The translations under genes and the position numbers were made by a program. Below the pieces are notes generated by a model, which worked only from the letters and a program-made list of their open reading frames with translations, was not told the DNA's origin and ran no database searches. A DNA stretch of 32,000 nucleotides from Hyperthermus butylicus DSM 5456 (lineage in GTDB: Archaea; Thermoproteota; Thermoprotei_A; Sulfolobales; Pyrodictiaceae). This document shows positions 9,175 through 17,275 of the stretch, one piece after another. Positions within the stretch are counted from its first letter, which is position 1, and each line of letters opens with the position of its first letter. The stretch covers positions 150,001 to 182,000 of the forward strand of contig NC_008818.1 in the NCBI RefSeq assembly GCF_000015145.1. The letters are read 5' to 3'.

Positions 9175-10131
9175 GTGTTGCAGGGTAGCTCTGAGGAGGG
9201 CTTTGGGCGGCTCTTGCCCCGTCTATGCCTACCACTCGGCTATCAGTTTGACCTTGATCTCTCAATGTATCCTAGCTTTGTCTCTTCGCTCTATGTGCGT
9301 ATTGCTGCTCAACGATGGCGCCGTGTAATTGGTGCAAGTCACATAGTCTTCATCGAGTCTGGCAGAGTGTGCTGCGAGGGTGATGGATGTAGTATTGAGC
9401 TCGTCGAGAAGCTCTCTGGGCTGTGGTGTATGGAGCGCTGCCTACGGGGTATAGCTGCTTCAAAGTACTCGGAACCTCTTCGGCAGCTCCTCATGGCTTA
9501 CCGCGGGCTCTCGGTGTCGGCGGCGGGTCCAGGCGACGAGCTTCTTGTGGCTTCGGCTGTTGTGCTCTCGCGTAGGACAAGTTATGCGCGGAATGTTAGG
9601 AGGTGGATGTACATCATCTTCAAGCATACTAAATCCCTCTACGAGGCTGCGGAGAGGGCGGCGAGGCTGCCGAGCCCCCAGCCACGACTCCTCGCAGCAA
9701 TACTCCACGAGCTAGCGGAAACACTCCAGGAGGGCTGTACTAGCCCGTGGAGGCTAAGGCAGAGGCTACTAGGGATACCGGGGGTAGGCCCGAAGACGGC
9801 GGATGCTATCCTCCTCTTCACTGGTTGTAGCAGCCGCGTCGCGCCGGGAGACGTGCACCTAGCGAGGTTTACGGAGATGGTGTTGGGCTGGAGGCTCCAT
9901 CCTCCGCTGAAGAACCGGTGCCTACGCACAGCCAGCTGCATGGAGTGCACCTACGCGGCTAGCTGTCTCACGGGCAGGATTGTTCGGGAGTTTGGTGATG
10001 GTGCTGGGCTTGTGCAGACCCTGGCATACGTGCATGACAGCCTAGGAGGCCGAGGAGGGTGGAGGGCTAGGCTTGAGGAGGTGTTGGCCAAGCACTATAC
10101 GAGTTCTGGTGGCACCTCATCAGGGCGGTAG
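9175..10131 (+). CDS. HhH-GPD DNA glycosylase, endonuclease III-like with Fe-S cluster motif
   Basis: 318 aa ORF with HhH motif LLGIPGVGPKTADAILLFTG (catalytic Lys position), DVHLARFTEMVLGW and cysteine pattern CLRTASCMECTYAASC (C-x5-C-x2-C-x5-C). N-terminus uncertain: a GTG at 9131 in another frame overlaps the preceding TGA. Confidence 0.8.
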   Translation: MLQGSSEEGFGRLLPRLCLPLGYQFDLDLSMYPSFVSSLYVRIAAQRWRRVIGASHIVFIESGRVCCEGDGCSIELVEKLSGLWCMERCLRGIAASKYSEPLRQLLMAYRGLSVSAAGPGDELLVASAVVLSRRTSYARNVRRWMYIIFKHTKSLYEAAERAARLPSPQPRLLAAILHELAETLQEGCTSPWRLRQRLLGIPGVGPKTADAILLFTGCSSRVAPGDVHLARFTEMVLGWRLHPPLKNRCLRTASCMECTYAASCLTGRIVREFGDGAGLVQTLAYVHDSLGGRGGWRARLEEVLAKHYTSSGGTSSGR

Positions 10132-10895
10132 GCCTTTCGGGGTCGAAGCCCAGTTCTCCTCATTAGCTCGACGACGTGGGGGTATAGTATCACGTACTCT
10201 GGATCGATGTTCTCAGCCAGCCTGGGATGTATCGCGTAGAGCAAGCGCTTAATCCTCGTAACGCCCCTCTCGTCGGTAAAGCTCAGCATGACGGCGGGGT
10301 ACACCTCCTCGCCGGGTTCAAGCCCATAGTCTACTAGGAGCTTCAGCGCCCGGAGCTGTAGCCTCCATGCCTCCGGCCTAGCTCCCGTGAGCATGTAGAA
10401 TTCCTCCTCACTAGTACCCTTAATCGAAACTCTAACCTCCACGCCTGCACCGTGAAAGCTTGCCAGCCTCCGGGCAAGCTCCTCATAGGCCCCGATTAGT
10501 ATCCCATTGGTCTCCAGGACGAAGTGCAGTCCCTCCCCCGTAACAGCCTCCATGACCTCCAACAAGTGCTCCCAGCCTACTGTGGGCTCGCCACCCGACA
10601 GCCGGACCTGGCGAACTCGCGTCCTCCTCGCAAGCCTCATCAGCCTCTCTGCAGCCTCATCCGGCGATAACAACACGCCGCGGCCATAGCCTGTCCAGGT
10701 GAAGCGCCAGGCCCAGCAAAACCTGCAGCGCAGGTTACAGCCAACAACATCCCCCGTCACAATGCCGCCGTACCAGCGATCCCGGCGAAACCGGTAGTAG
10801 CGTCGGAGCCTCATCCCACCACTCCACGGGGCAACCCTCTCGGCAACAAGCTCGGCGAGCCTAACCGGGTCATACCCTCTAGACAGCATATCCAC
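10095..10895 (-). CDS. Radical SAM domain protein
   Basis: 266 aa ORF with CNLRCRFC (C-x3-C-x2-C) and QVRLSGGEPTVGWEHLLEVMEAV...LETNG. Its 3' end overlaps the glycosylase 3' end by 37 nt in a convergent arrangement. Confidence 0.88.
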   Translation of the reverse strand: MDMLSRGYDPVRLAELVAERVAPWSGGMRLRRYYRFRRDRWYGGIVTGDVVGCNLRCRFCWAWRFTWTGYGRGVLLSPDEAAERLMRLARRTRVRQVRLSGGEPTVGWEHLLEVMEAVTGEGLHFVLETNGILIGAYEELARRLASFHGAGVEVRVSIKGTSEEEFYMLTGARPEAWRLQLRALKLLVDYGLEPGEEVYPAVMLSFTDERGVTRIKRLLYAIHPRLAENIDPEYVILYPHVVELMRRTGLRPRKAYRPDEVPPELV

Positions 10896-11062
10896 GGCTT
10901 CCCCGCCGCAATACCAGGCTGATGCGAGCCGCCAAACTGTGCTGAGTACCCTGCTCTACTGTATACATCTACCACCCCTACCGAGGACCTGGGAAGGCAA
11001 GCTATGTATGGGTGAGAGCCCCTATGCGTCATAGACCCGGCTCGGGGGGGCGACCTGGCGTC

Positions 11063-11443
11063 ATGTTCCTCGTGAAGGCTTGTACAATGTTCAGCGCGGC
11101 TCACCGCATTGAGGGGCACCCGCGTTGCGGGAAGATACACGGCCACAACTACCGTGTCTGCATAGTGGTGAGGGAGGAGAGGCCCCTCCAGGTGGACCTT
11201 GACGCTCTAGAGGAGTGGCTGGAGAGGAATGTGTTCCAGCGCTTCGACCATCAGTACCTCAACAAAGTGCTCGCAGCCCCAGATAAAGATGAGAAGCTTG
11301 TTGTCACTAGCGAGGAACTCGCAGTACTCATAGCCGATATGTTGGAGCAGGCTTTCCCTGGGAGGGTAGAGTATGTCGAGGTCTGCGAGACGGAAAACCT
11401 CTGCATTGAATACCGTCCTCCGCGTCGTGGAGGTTTTCGCTAG
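11063..11443 (+). CDS. queD: 6-carboxy-5,6,7,8-tetrahydropterin synthase / 6-pyruvoyltetrahydropterin synthase family
   Basis: The 11012-11443 ORF includes MFLVKACTMFSAAHRIEGHPRCGKIHGHNYRVCIVV (zinc His motif HGHNY). ATG 11063 is the likely start. Adjacent to queE. Confidence 0.88.
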   Translation: MFLVKACTMFSAAHRIEGHPRCGKIHGHNYRVCIVVREERPLQVDLDALEEWLERNVFQRFDHQYLNKVLAAPDKDEKLVVTSEELAVLIADMLEQAFPGRVEYVEVCETENLCIEYRPPRRGGFR

Positions 11444-12080
11444 TATTCAGGGAGAGGGCCCCTTCACTGGCACGTACAGCGTCTTCGTACGGCTCGCAGG
11501 GTGCAACCTCCGCTGCCCCTTCTGCGACACGAGGTACGCCTGGAGCCTCGAAGCCGGAAAGCCACTAGGGGTGGAGGAGCTGGTAGAGGAGATAGCTAGG
11601 TACGAGCCGAGCCTAGTAGTGATAACTGGTGGGGAGCCCCTGCTCCAGAGACACCCACTCAACAGCCTCGTAGAGGGGCTGGAGAGCCTGGGGCTCCGCG
11701 TCCAGCTGGAGACCAATGGTATTCTCCCGGCGCCAGCTAGGGATGAGCAGCTCTGGAGAGTGTACCATGTTGTTTCGCCAAAGGATGTACCGGTACGCGT
11801 GCCTGGAGCAAAGCTCCATCCCAGCTGGGTGGACTACGCGAGAGCGACCGGGAGGGCGTGGTTCAAGTTCCTAGTGGCTAACGAACAGCATGTGCGAGAG
11901 GTAGCAGAGTACGTGGCGAAGCTAGGTATTCCTAGGAGCCGCGTCTACATAATGCCGCTAACGCCCGAGAAGCTGGACATGAAGGAGCTGCTAGAGCTGC
12001 ACAGTAGGATAGCAAGCTTGGCGGTAAAGTGGAGGCTAAACTTTAGCCCGAGGCTACACCTCCTCGTACAGCTACCCTAG
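11373..12080 (+). CDS. queE: 7-carboxy-7-deazaguanine synthase (radical SAM)
   Basis: 235 aa ORF with VFASIQGEGPFTGTYSVFVRLAGCNLRCPFCDTRYAW and VVITGGEPLLQ. TTG 11406 (MNTVLRVVEVFASIQGEG) is an alternative start that reduces overlap with queD. Confidence 0.9.
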   Translation: MSRSARRKTSALNTVLRVVEVFASIQGEGPFTGTYSVFVRLAGCNLRCPFCDTRYAWSLEAGKPLGVEELVEEIARYEPSLVVITGGEPLLQRHPLNSLVEGLESLGLRVQLETNGILPAPARDEQLWRVYHVVSPKDVPVRVPGAKLHPSWVDYARATGRAWFKFLVANEQHVREVAEYVAKLGIPRSRVYIMPLTPEKLDMKELLELHSRIASLAVKWRLNFSPRLHLLVQLP

Positions 12081-12183
12081 CCTCTCCTACTAGGTTGCCT
12101 ACACAACGTATATACCGAGCGAGGGTACAGCCTAACCGTCTTTACCGGACGTTATAGAGGCTCCTAGCTCCGGGGTGTAGGGC

Positions 12184-13218
12184 TTGGCCGAGCAGACTGG
12201 GCAGACGGTAGGACGGTCCGTTGAGGGTGAGGTTGAGAGGCACGATGTTATAATAGTCGGTGCCGGCATGGCGGGGCTGACGGCGGCGCTCTACCTTGCA
12301 AGGCAGGGTGTTGACGTGCTGGTTGTGAGCCGCGATCTCGGTGGCCAGCTTATGCAGGCAACTATTATCGAGAACTACCCGGGGATAGAGGCTGTTAAGG
12401 GACCAGAGCTGGCAATGAGGGTTGAAAAGCAAGCTAGGACCTTTGGTGCAAAGTTTAGGTATGGTGAGCAGATAGTCAGGATTGACAAGCTCGAGGACGG
12501 CACGTTCCTCCTTGAGAGCAACCGGGGTAGGAGGTACCAGGCGGAAGTGGTCATACTAGCTTTTGGCAAGACCCCGAAGAGGATGAACATACCCGGCGAG
12601 GATGAGTACGATGGTCGTGGCGTAAGCTACTGCACCATCTGCGACGGTCCACTATTCCGCGGCAGGAACACAGCTGTCGTGGGCATAGGGGATCAGGGTC
12701 TTGAGGCGGTTGCGCTCTTAGCAGGGCTCTGCCCCAAGGTCTACTACGTGACTCCAACCAAGCTCTTTGGAGAGCCAGACCTAATCGCTAGGATAAAGTC
12801 TGCACCCAACGTGGAGATCCTTGAGGAGCATGAGCCGGTAAAAGTGCTAGGTGATGGGAAGAGGGTTACCGGCTTAGTGGTACGCAACAAGAAGACTGGC
12901 GAGGAGAAAACCCTGGATGTCGAGGGGATATTTGTCGAGCTCGGCTACGAGGCTAGGACAGAGTTTGTAAAGCACCTAGTAGACCTCAATGAGAACGGCG
13001 AGATAATAACTGGCAAGCTCGGCGAGACGAGGACGCCAGGGCTATTTGCGGCGGGCGACGTTACCGATGTACCGTTCAAGCAGGCCATTATCTCCGCTGG
13101 CGACGCTGCCAAGGCGGCACTAGCAGCGTTCAACTACCTGCAGAAAAGGCGTGGCCGTAACGTCACGATAAGGGTGACTGGAAGAAGACTGGTAGGGTTA
13201 AGCCAAAAACGCAGATGA
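12184..13218 (+). CDS. trxB: Thioredoxin reductase (NAD(P)H-dependent FAD flavoprotein)
   Basis: 344 aa ORF; DVIIVGAGMAGLTAALYLARQG (FAD binding), SYCTICDGPLFRGRNTAVVG (redox CxxC), TRTPGLFAAGDVTDVPFKQ. Confidence 0.92.
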   Translation: MAEQTGQTVGRSVEGEVERHDVIIVGAGMAGLTAALYLARQGVDVLVVSRDLGGQLMQATIIENYPGIEAVKGPELAMRVEKQARTFGAKFRYGEQIVRIDKLEDGTFLLESNRGRRYQAEVVILAFGKTPKRMNIPGEDEYDGRGVSYCTICDGPLFRGRNTAVVGIGDQGLEAVALLAGLCPKVYYVTPTKLFGEPDLIARIKSAPNVEILEEHEPVKVLGDGKRVTGLVVRNKKTGEEKTLDVEGIFVELGYEARTEFVKHLVDLNENGEIITGKLGETRTPGLFAAGDVTDVPFKQAIISAGDAAKAALAAFNYLQKRRGRNVTIRVTGRRLVGLSQKRR

Positions 13219-13243
13219 GACTTGGGCTGAAGAAGAGGGAGGG

Positions 13244-13663
13244 CTAGAGACCCTCCTCCTTCCTGATCTTCTCGGCGTACTCCTCGGGGCTAAGCAGCTT
13301 CTCCAGCTCGGAGCGATCCTCAATCTTTATCTTGAACATCCAGCCCTCCCCATAGGGGTCCCTGTTCAGCAGCTCCGGCTCATCGTAGAGCCTCTCGTTA
13401 ACCTCCACCACCTCCCCGCTGACCGGCGCATAGACGTCTGCGGCGGCCTTAACCGACTCTATGCTCGCCACGGCCTCCCCCGCCTGCACCCTCCTACCCT
13501 TCTCGGGCAGGTCTACGCCAACGATGTCCCGTAGCTTCTTCTGCGCGTAATCCGTTATCCCAACGGTGACGACACCGTCCTCCTCCTTGATCCACTCGTC
13601 GGACTTTGTGTACCTCCTATCGGTTAGGACGAGGTAGTCTCCGACACGTATCTCTCCAGCCAA
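13244..13663 (-). CDS. gcvH: Glycine cleavage system H protein
   Basis: 139 aa ORF; [36 protein letters not shown]...[24 protein letters not shown] (lipoyl Lys in ESVKA). Confidence 0.93.
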   Translation of the reverse strand: MAGEIRVGDYLVLTDRRYTKSDEWIKEEDGVVTVGITDYAQKKLRDIVGVDLPEKGRRVQAGEAVASIESVKAAADVYAPVSGEVVEVNERLYDEPELLNRDPYGEGWMFKIKIEDRSELEKLLSPEEYAEKIRKEEGL

Positions 13664-13817
13664 TGCTTATGCACCCAGGGAGCAGCAAGCACCAGGTCTA
13701 CAGAATGCTAAGGCTAAGGGCTCTTAAGGCTAACAGAACTGTGGATGGTGCATTACGGTTTAGTGTTCCCTCCTACCCGGGTATCGGGTTGCTTAAACTT
13801 TTAACTAGCCCTATCTC

Positions 13818-14225
13818 TTGAGGGTTTCCCCGGGTGGAGGGCGGGGACTTTTGGACTATGCAGCATTCACGGCACTGTTGCTAACGGGTATTGTGCTGCC
13901 TGTCGTCATGTACTTCGTCTATAGGGTGTTCGAGATAGTCACCCGTGGACCCGACAGATACTTTGCAAGGTTCCGCTACGAGTCTGGCAACCCGCCCAAG
14001 GGGCTGGCATGGGCAAGGGTGCTCTATCACTACTTTGGCTACGTCGTGCTCCTTGTAGCGCTTGAGCCTATATTCATAATCCTCTACGTCTTTGCTGTCT
14101 ACAGTGGCGCCTCTACCTGGGAGCTGCTTGCCCTAAGCCTTGCGATTATAGCTTCTATCATTCCTCCACTCCGGTACGCTGTCCGCTATGCTGAGAAGAG
14201 GGAGTACTGGGAGCTGGAGGTGTAG
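13818..14225 (+). CDS. nuoA: NADH-quinone oxidoreductase-like complex subunit A
   Basis: 135 aa ORF with 3 TM segments; YFARFRYESGNPPKGLAWARVLYHYFGYVVLLVALEPIFIILYVFAV. TTAAACTTTTTAA TATA-like element just upstream (~13791-13803). Confidence 0.85.
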   Translation: MRVSPGGGRGLLDYAAFTALLLTGIVLPVVMYFVYRVFEIVTRGPDRYFARFRYESGNPPKGLAWARVLYHYFGYVVLLVALEPIFIILYVFAVYSGASTWELLALSLAIIASIIPPLRYAVRYAEKREYWELEV

Positions 14226-14230
14226 CCTCC

Positions 14231-14860
14231 GTGGAGATGGCGTGTCCGCGTAAGGGTTTCATGCTCGTTGGCCGCTTGGAGGAGGCTGCCGCGAAGGCTA
14301 TGAAGTGGTTGCTCGAGAGGAAGCCTATCAAGTCCCTGCTGGACTGGGGTATAAGCTTCAGCCTCTGGCCCGTACACCTCACCACTAGCTGCTGCGGCGC
14401 AGAGTTCGCAGCAGTCTACGACCCGAAGTATGACAGCGAGAGGCTTGGAAGTCTACCATTCACACATCCCAGGAACACCAACGTACTGCTCGTGGAGGGC
14501 ACCCTGACAAGAAAAATGGCCAGAGCCGCAAGGCTGGTCTGGGAGCAAATGCCATGGCCAAAGTTCGTCATAGCCATGGGGGCATGCGCTATAACAGGCG
14601 GCATATTCTACAATAGCTACAATATTGTGAGGGTCAACCAAATCCTCCCCGTAGACTACTATGTGCCTGGCTGTCCTCCAACGCCAGAAGCTGTTGCTAA
14701 CGCGCTGATAAAGCTGCAGGAGAAAGTGAGGAAGGGCGAGTGGAAGCCAAGAGACATTGAGGATAAGAAGTTCCTAGAGGAGCTCATGGCTCCACACTAC
14801 GAGAAGGCAAGGAGGCACCTTGAACTGCTAGCCAGGACCCAGCGCACGGAAAGAGCATAA
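14231..14860 (+). CDS. nuoB: NADH-quinone oxidoreductase-like complex subunit B
   Basis: 209 aa ORF; TTSCCGAEFAAVYDPKYDSERLG...MPWPKFVIAMGACAITGGIF...VDYYVPGCPPTPEAV (N2 cluster cysteines). Confidence 0.95.
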   Translation: MEMACPRKGFMLVGRLEEAAAKAMKWLLERKPIKSLLDWGISFSLWPVHLTTSCCGAEFAAVYDPKYDSERLGSLPFTHPRNTNVLLVEGTLTRKMARAARLVWEQMPWPKFVIAMGACAITGGIFYNSYNIVRVNQILPVDYYVPGCPPTPEAVANALIKLQEKVRKGEWKPRDIEDKKFLEELMAPHYEKARRHLELLARTQRTERA

Positions 14861-14945
14861 ACCGGTAGGCATCACAATCAATCGCCGGGGCTCCAGAGAA
14901 CGTCAGGGAAGCCTCCACAGCGTTTGTTAAAGGGACACCTGCATC

Positions 14946-15326
14946 TTACATGGTTCCCCAGGCCTGCAGCTCATACAGCTCATATTCTCTTACCCATCGA
15001 GCCAATTCTCCTAATGGATCGGAGTGAGGCATAACCAACTTTCGAGAAGAAGCTCCGAGTAAACCCATCCAGCCACTTACCCATCCGGCCTATACTTGTG
15101 GGCAGCACTTCCAGTCTTGTCTATGCTACCGCTCTACACTTCCATCCTCAATATATGGGATGTCTAGGTAGACGAAGTATCCCCTCAAAGCCCGCTTCCC
15201 GCCCTCCTCGAGCTTCACCAGAATGGCCTTTTGGAATCTCGGATGACAGTGTTGGTTAAAACCTGTTCTGGCAAAGCTGTAAGCCCTAGCAGGGGTGCAC
15301 CCATAGATGTTATCCTGGTTTCGCAT
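14946..15326 (-). pseudogene. Decayed minus-strand ORF downstream of inverted nuoC
   Basis: 66 aa ORF 15126-15326 (...FQKAILVKLEEGGKRALRGYFVYLDIPYIEDGSVER*). After two in-frame stops the same frame continues AGWVSGWMGLLGASSRKLVMPHSDPLGELARWVREYELYELQAWGTM* ending at 14946. An intervening frame also reads protein-like (TRLEVLPTSIGRMGKWLDGFTRSFFSKVGYASL). Confidence 0.4.
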
Positions 15327-15373
15327 GCAGTTTCTAGGCTATGTAATGGCCTCCTCTTCACTGCAGACTGGAC

Positions 15374-15898
15374 CTAGGCCTTCTCTTCTCCCTCATCCTT
15401 TGGCTTAAGTTCCGGCTTGAGTATCCATACAGGCTTGCTCGGCTTTGTTGACATGTGGCTCTCCTCTACCACCTTAAAGTCCTTCCTGAGCGGGTAGACG
15501 CCCTCCGGCCAGTCCTCCGGCAGTAGCAGGTGGCGGGAATCTGGGTTGCCACGGAACACTATACCCAGCATCTCGTGCTCCTCCCGTTCATGGAGGAGCG
15601 CTGCCGGGTAGACATCGTGTATACTATCTATCACTGGCTCGTCGCGGGGTACAACCGTCTCGACAGCGACCACGTCGCCGGGGTTGCTGCTACGGGCGAA
15701 GTGGTAGACGATCCTTATCCTCTTAGCGTCGGGCTCGTCAACACCTGAGATTGATAACAAGTAGTCGTAACCAGTGTTCTTGAGTTCGGCCACGACCTCC
15801 CTTATCCTGTCGGGCTCCACTACCAGGGCATGGTAGTTGGTTCGCTTCTCAATCCTCGCACCATGCTTCTGGGCTAGCTGCTCAAGCGGGACGGACAC
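15374..15898 (-). CDS. nuoC: NADH-quinone oxidoreductase-like complex subunit C, encoded opposite to the rest of the nuo cluster
   Basis: ORF 15374-15967(-) contains DSIHDVYPAALLHEREEHEMLGIVFRGNPDSRHLLLPEDWPEGVYPLRKDF, the NuoC (30 kDa) signature. GTG 15898 is the preferred start because a TATA-like TAAATTTAAG lies 23-32 nt upstream (15921-15930) inside the longer ORF. Confidence 0.92.
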   Translation of the reverse strand: MSVPLEQLAQKHGARIEKRTNYHALVVEPDRIREVVAELKNTGYDYLLSISGVDEPDAKRIRIVYHFARSSNPGDVVAVETVVPRDEPVIDSIHDVYPAALLHEREEHEMLGIVFRGNPDSRHLLLPEDWPEGVYPLRKDFKVVEESHMSTKPSKPVWILKPELKPKDEGEEKA

Positions 15899-15920
15899 AG
15901 CGCACCAGCCCGGTTGCAAA

Positions 15921-15930
15921 CTTAAATTTA
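15921..15930 (-). promoter_or_regulatory. Putative TATA box for leaderless nuoC
   Basis: Minus-strand TAAATTTAAG centred about 27 nt upstream of GTG 15898, the usual archaeal TATA-to-TSS spacing. Confidence 0.5.
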
Positions 15931-16018
15931 GCCGGCTAAAGTGTTTTGAGAACCGGCGGTAAACCATTCGGGGTTGGTTCGCCCGGTTAAGGGCCGGGCT
16001 AAACTATAACAGTGGTTA

Positions 16019-17251
16019 ATGTTGGATCAAAGGGGGCGGGCCATGGCGCAGCTAGAGCTTCCAGGCATGCTCGCCAGGGAGGCTGGCACCCGTGAAGGGT
16101 ACAGGCTCGTGGAACTCTACATAGGCCCCCAGCACCCGGCTTCTGGTCATATGAGGCTTATAGTCTACCTTGACGGCGACCGGATCGTGCGTGTTGATCC
16201 CGACATAGGCTACGTGCACCGCACAATGGAGAAGCTCTCCGAGATCCGGGAATGGGTTCGTATTGTAGGCCTTGTAGAGAGGATGACAATTATAGATTCA
16301 TGTAATGTGACTCTCCCCTTCGTCGAGGCTGTAGAGAAGCTCCTTGGAATAGAGCCTCCGCCGCGTGCAAGGTACCTCCGCACGATTCTCTGTGAGGTAA
16401 ACCGTATCGCGAGCCACCTCTATGGCCTCGGCCTCGGCGGCATATTCTTAAACCACTCAACAATGTTCATGTGGGCATTTGGCGATCGTGAGGTCTTCAT
16501 CCATCTCGCAACACTGCTCACTGGTGCAAGGCTAACCCATACCTATGCGATACCTGGAGGTGTGCGGCGCGACCTCCCCCAGGTCTTTCGGGATGAGTTT
16601 GAGAAGGCCAAGAGGTATATGCTTCGAAGGCTAAAGGAGTACGAGGATATATTCGTCAAGAACCCAGTTGTGAGGGGAAGGCTGGAGAACGTTGGTGTCC
16701 TACCAAAGCACAAGGCGATAGAGCTAGGCGTTACGGGACCAAACCTCCGTGCCAGCGGCGTGGTATATGATGCAAGGCTTACAGGCTACGCAGCCTACAG
16801 TGAGCTGGACTTTACACCCGTCGTAGGCGAGGCTGGCGACGCGCTTGAGAGGATACTAGTCCGCGTAGAGGAGATAAAGGTAAGCCTAGACCTCATAGAG
16901 CAGGCGCTTAAGAGGCTCCCGGAGGGCCCGTTCTTCCACGAGCGCTTCGCCAAGATGGTTCCACCGAACATGAAGCACTGGTTTGAAAAGGGCCGCGTCA
17001 AGCTCCCTGGCGGCTATGTGAGGCTACGCCCAGCGCGCGGCGAGATACTGACAAGGGCCGAGATGGGTCACGGCGAGATAACATACTACATTGTGAGCAA
17101 GGGTGAGTTTAAGCCCTACAGAGTCCGCATTATAACACCGAGCTTCCGTAATGTCATACTCTTCATGACCCTCCCCGTCGGCCATACATTGATGGATCTA
17201 CCCGCAATATATGGTAGCATCGACTACTTCCCACCCGAGTCGGACAGGTAG
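16019..17251 (+). CDS. nuoD: NADH-quinone oxidoreductase-like complex subunit D
   Basis: 410 aa ORF; GPQHPASGHMRLIVYLDGDRIVRVDPDIGYVHRTMEKLSE...RLTHTYAIPGGVRRDLP. ATG 16043 is a plausible start. Confidence 0.95.
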   Translation: MLDQRGRAMAQLELPGMLAREAGTREGYRLVELYIGPQHPASGHMRLIVYLDGDRIVRVDPDIGYVHRTMEKLSEIREWVRIVGLVERMTIIDSCNVTLPFVEAVEKLLGIEPPPRARYLRTILCEVNRIASHLYGLGLGGIFLNHSTMFMWAFGDREVFIHLATLLTGARLTHTYAIPGGVRRDLPQVFRDEFEKAKRYMLRRLKEYEDIFVKNPVVRGRLENVGVLPKHKAIELGVTGPNLRASGVVYDARLTGYAAYSELDFTPVVGEAGDALERILVRVEEIKVSLDLIEQALKRLPEGPFFHERFAKMVPPNMKHWFEKGRVKLPGGYVRLRPARGEILTRAEMGHGEITYYIVSKGEFKPYRVRIITPSFRNVILFMTLPVGHTLMDLPAIYGSIDYFPPESDR

Positions 17252-17275
17252 CAGGGAATAGAGGTGAGGTAGGCC

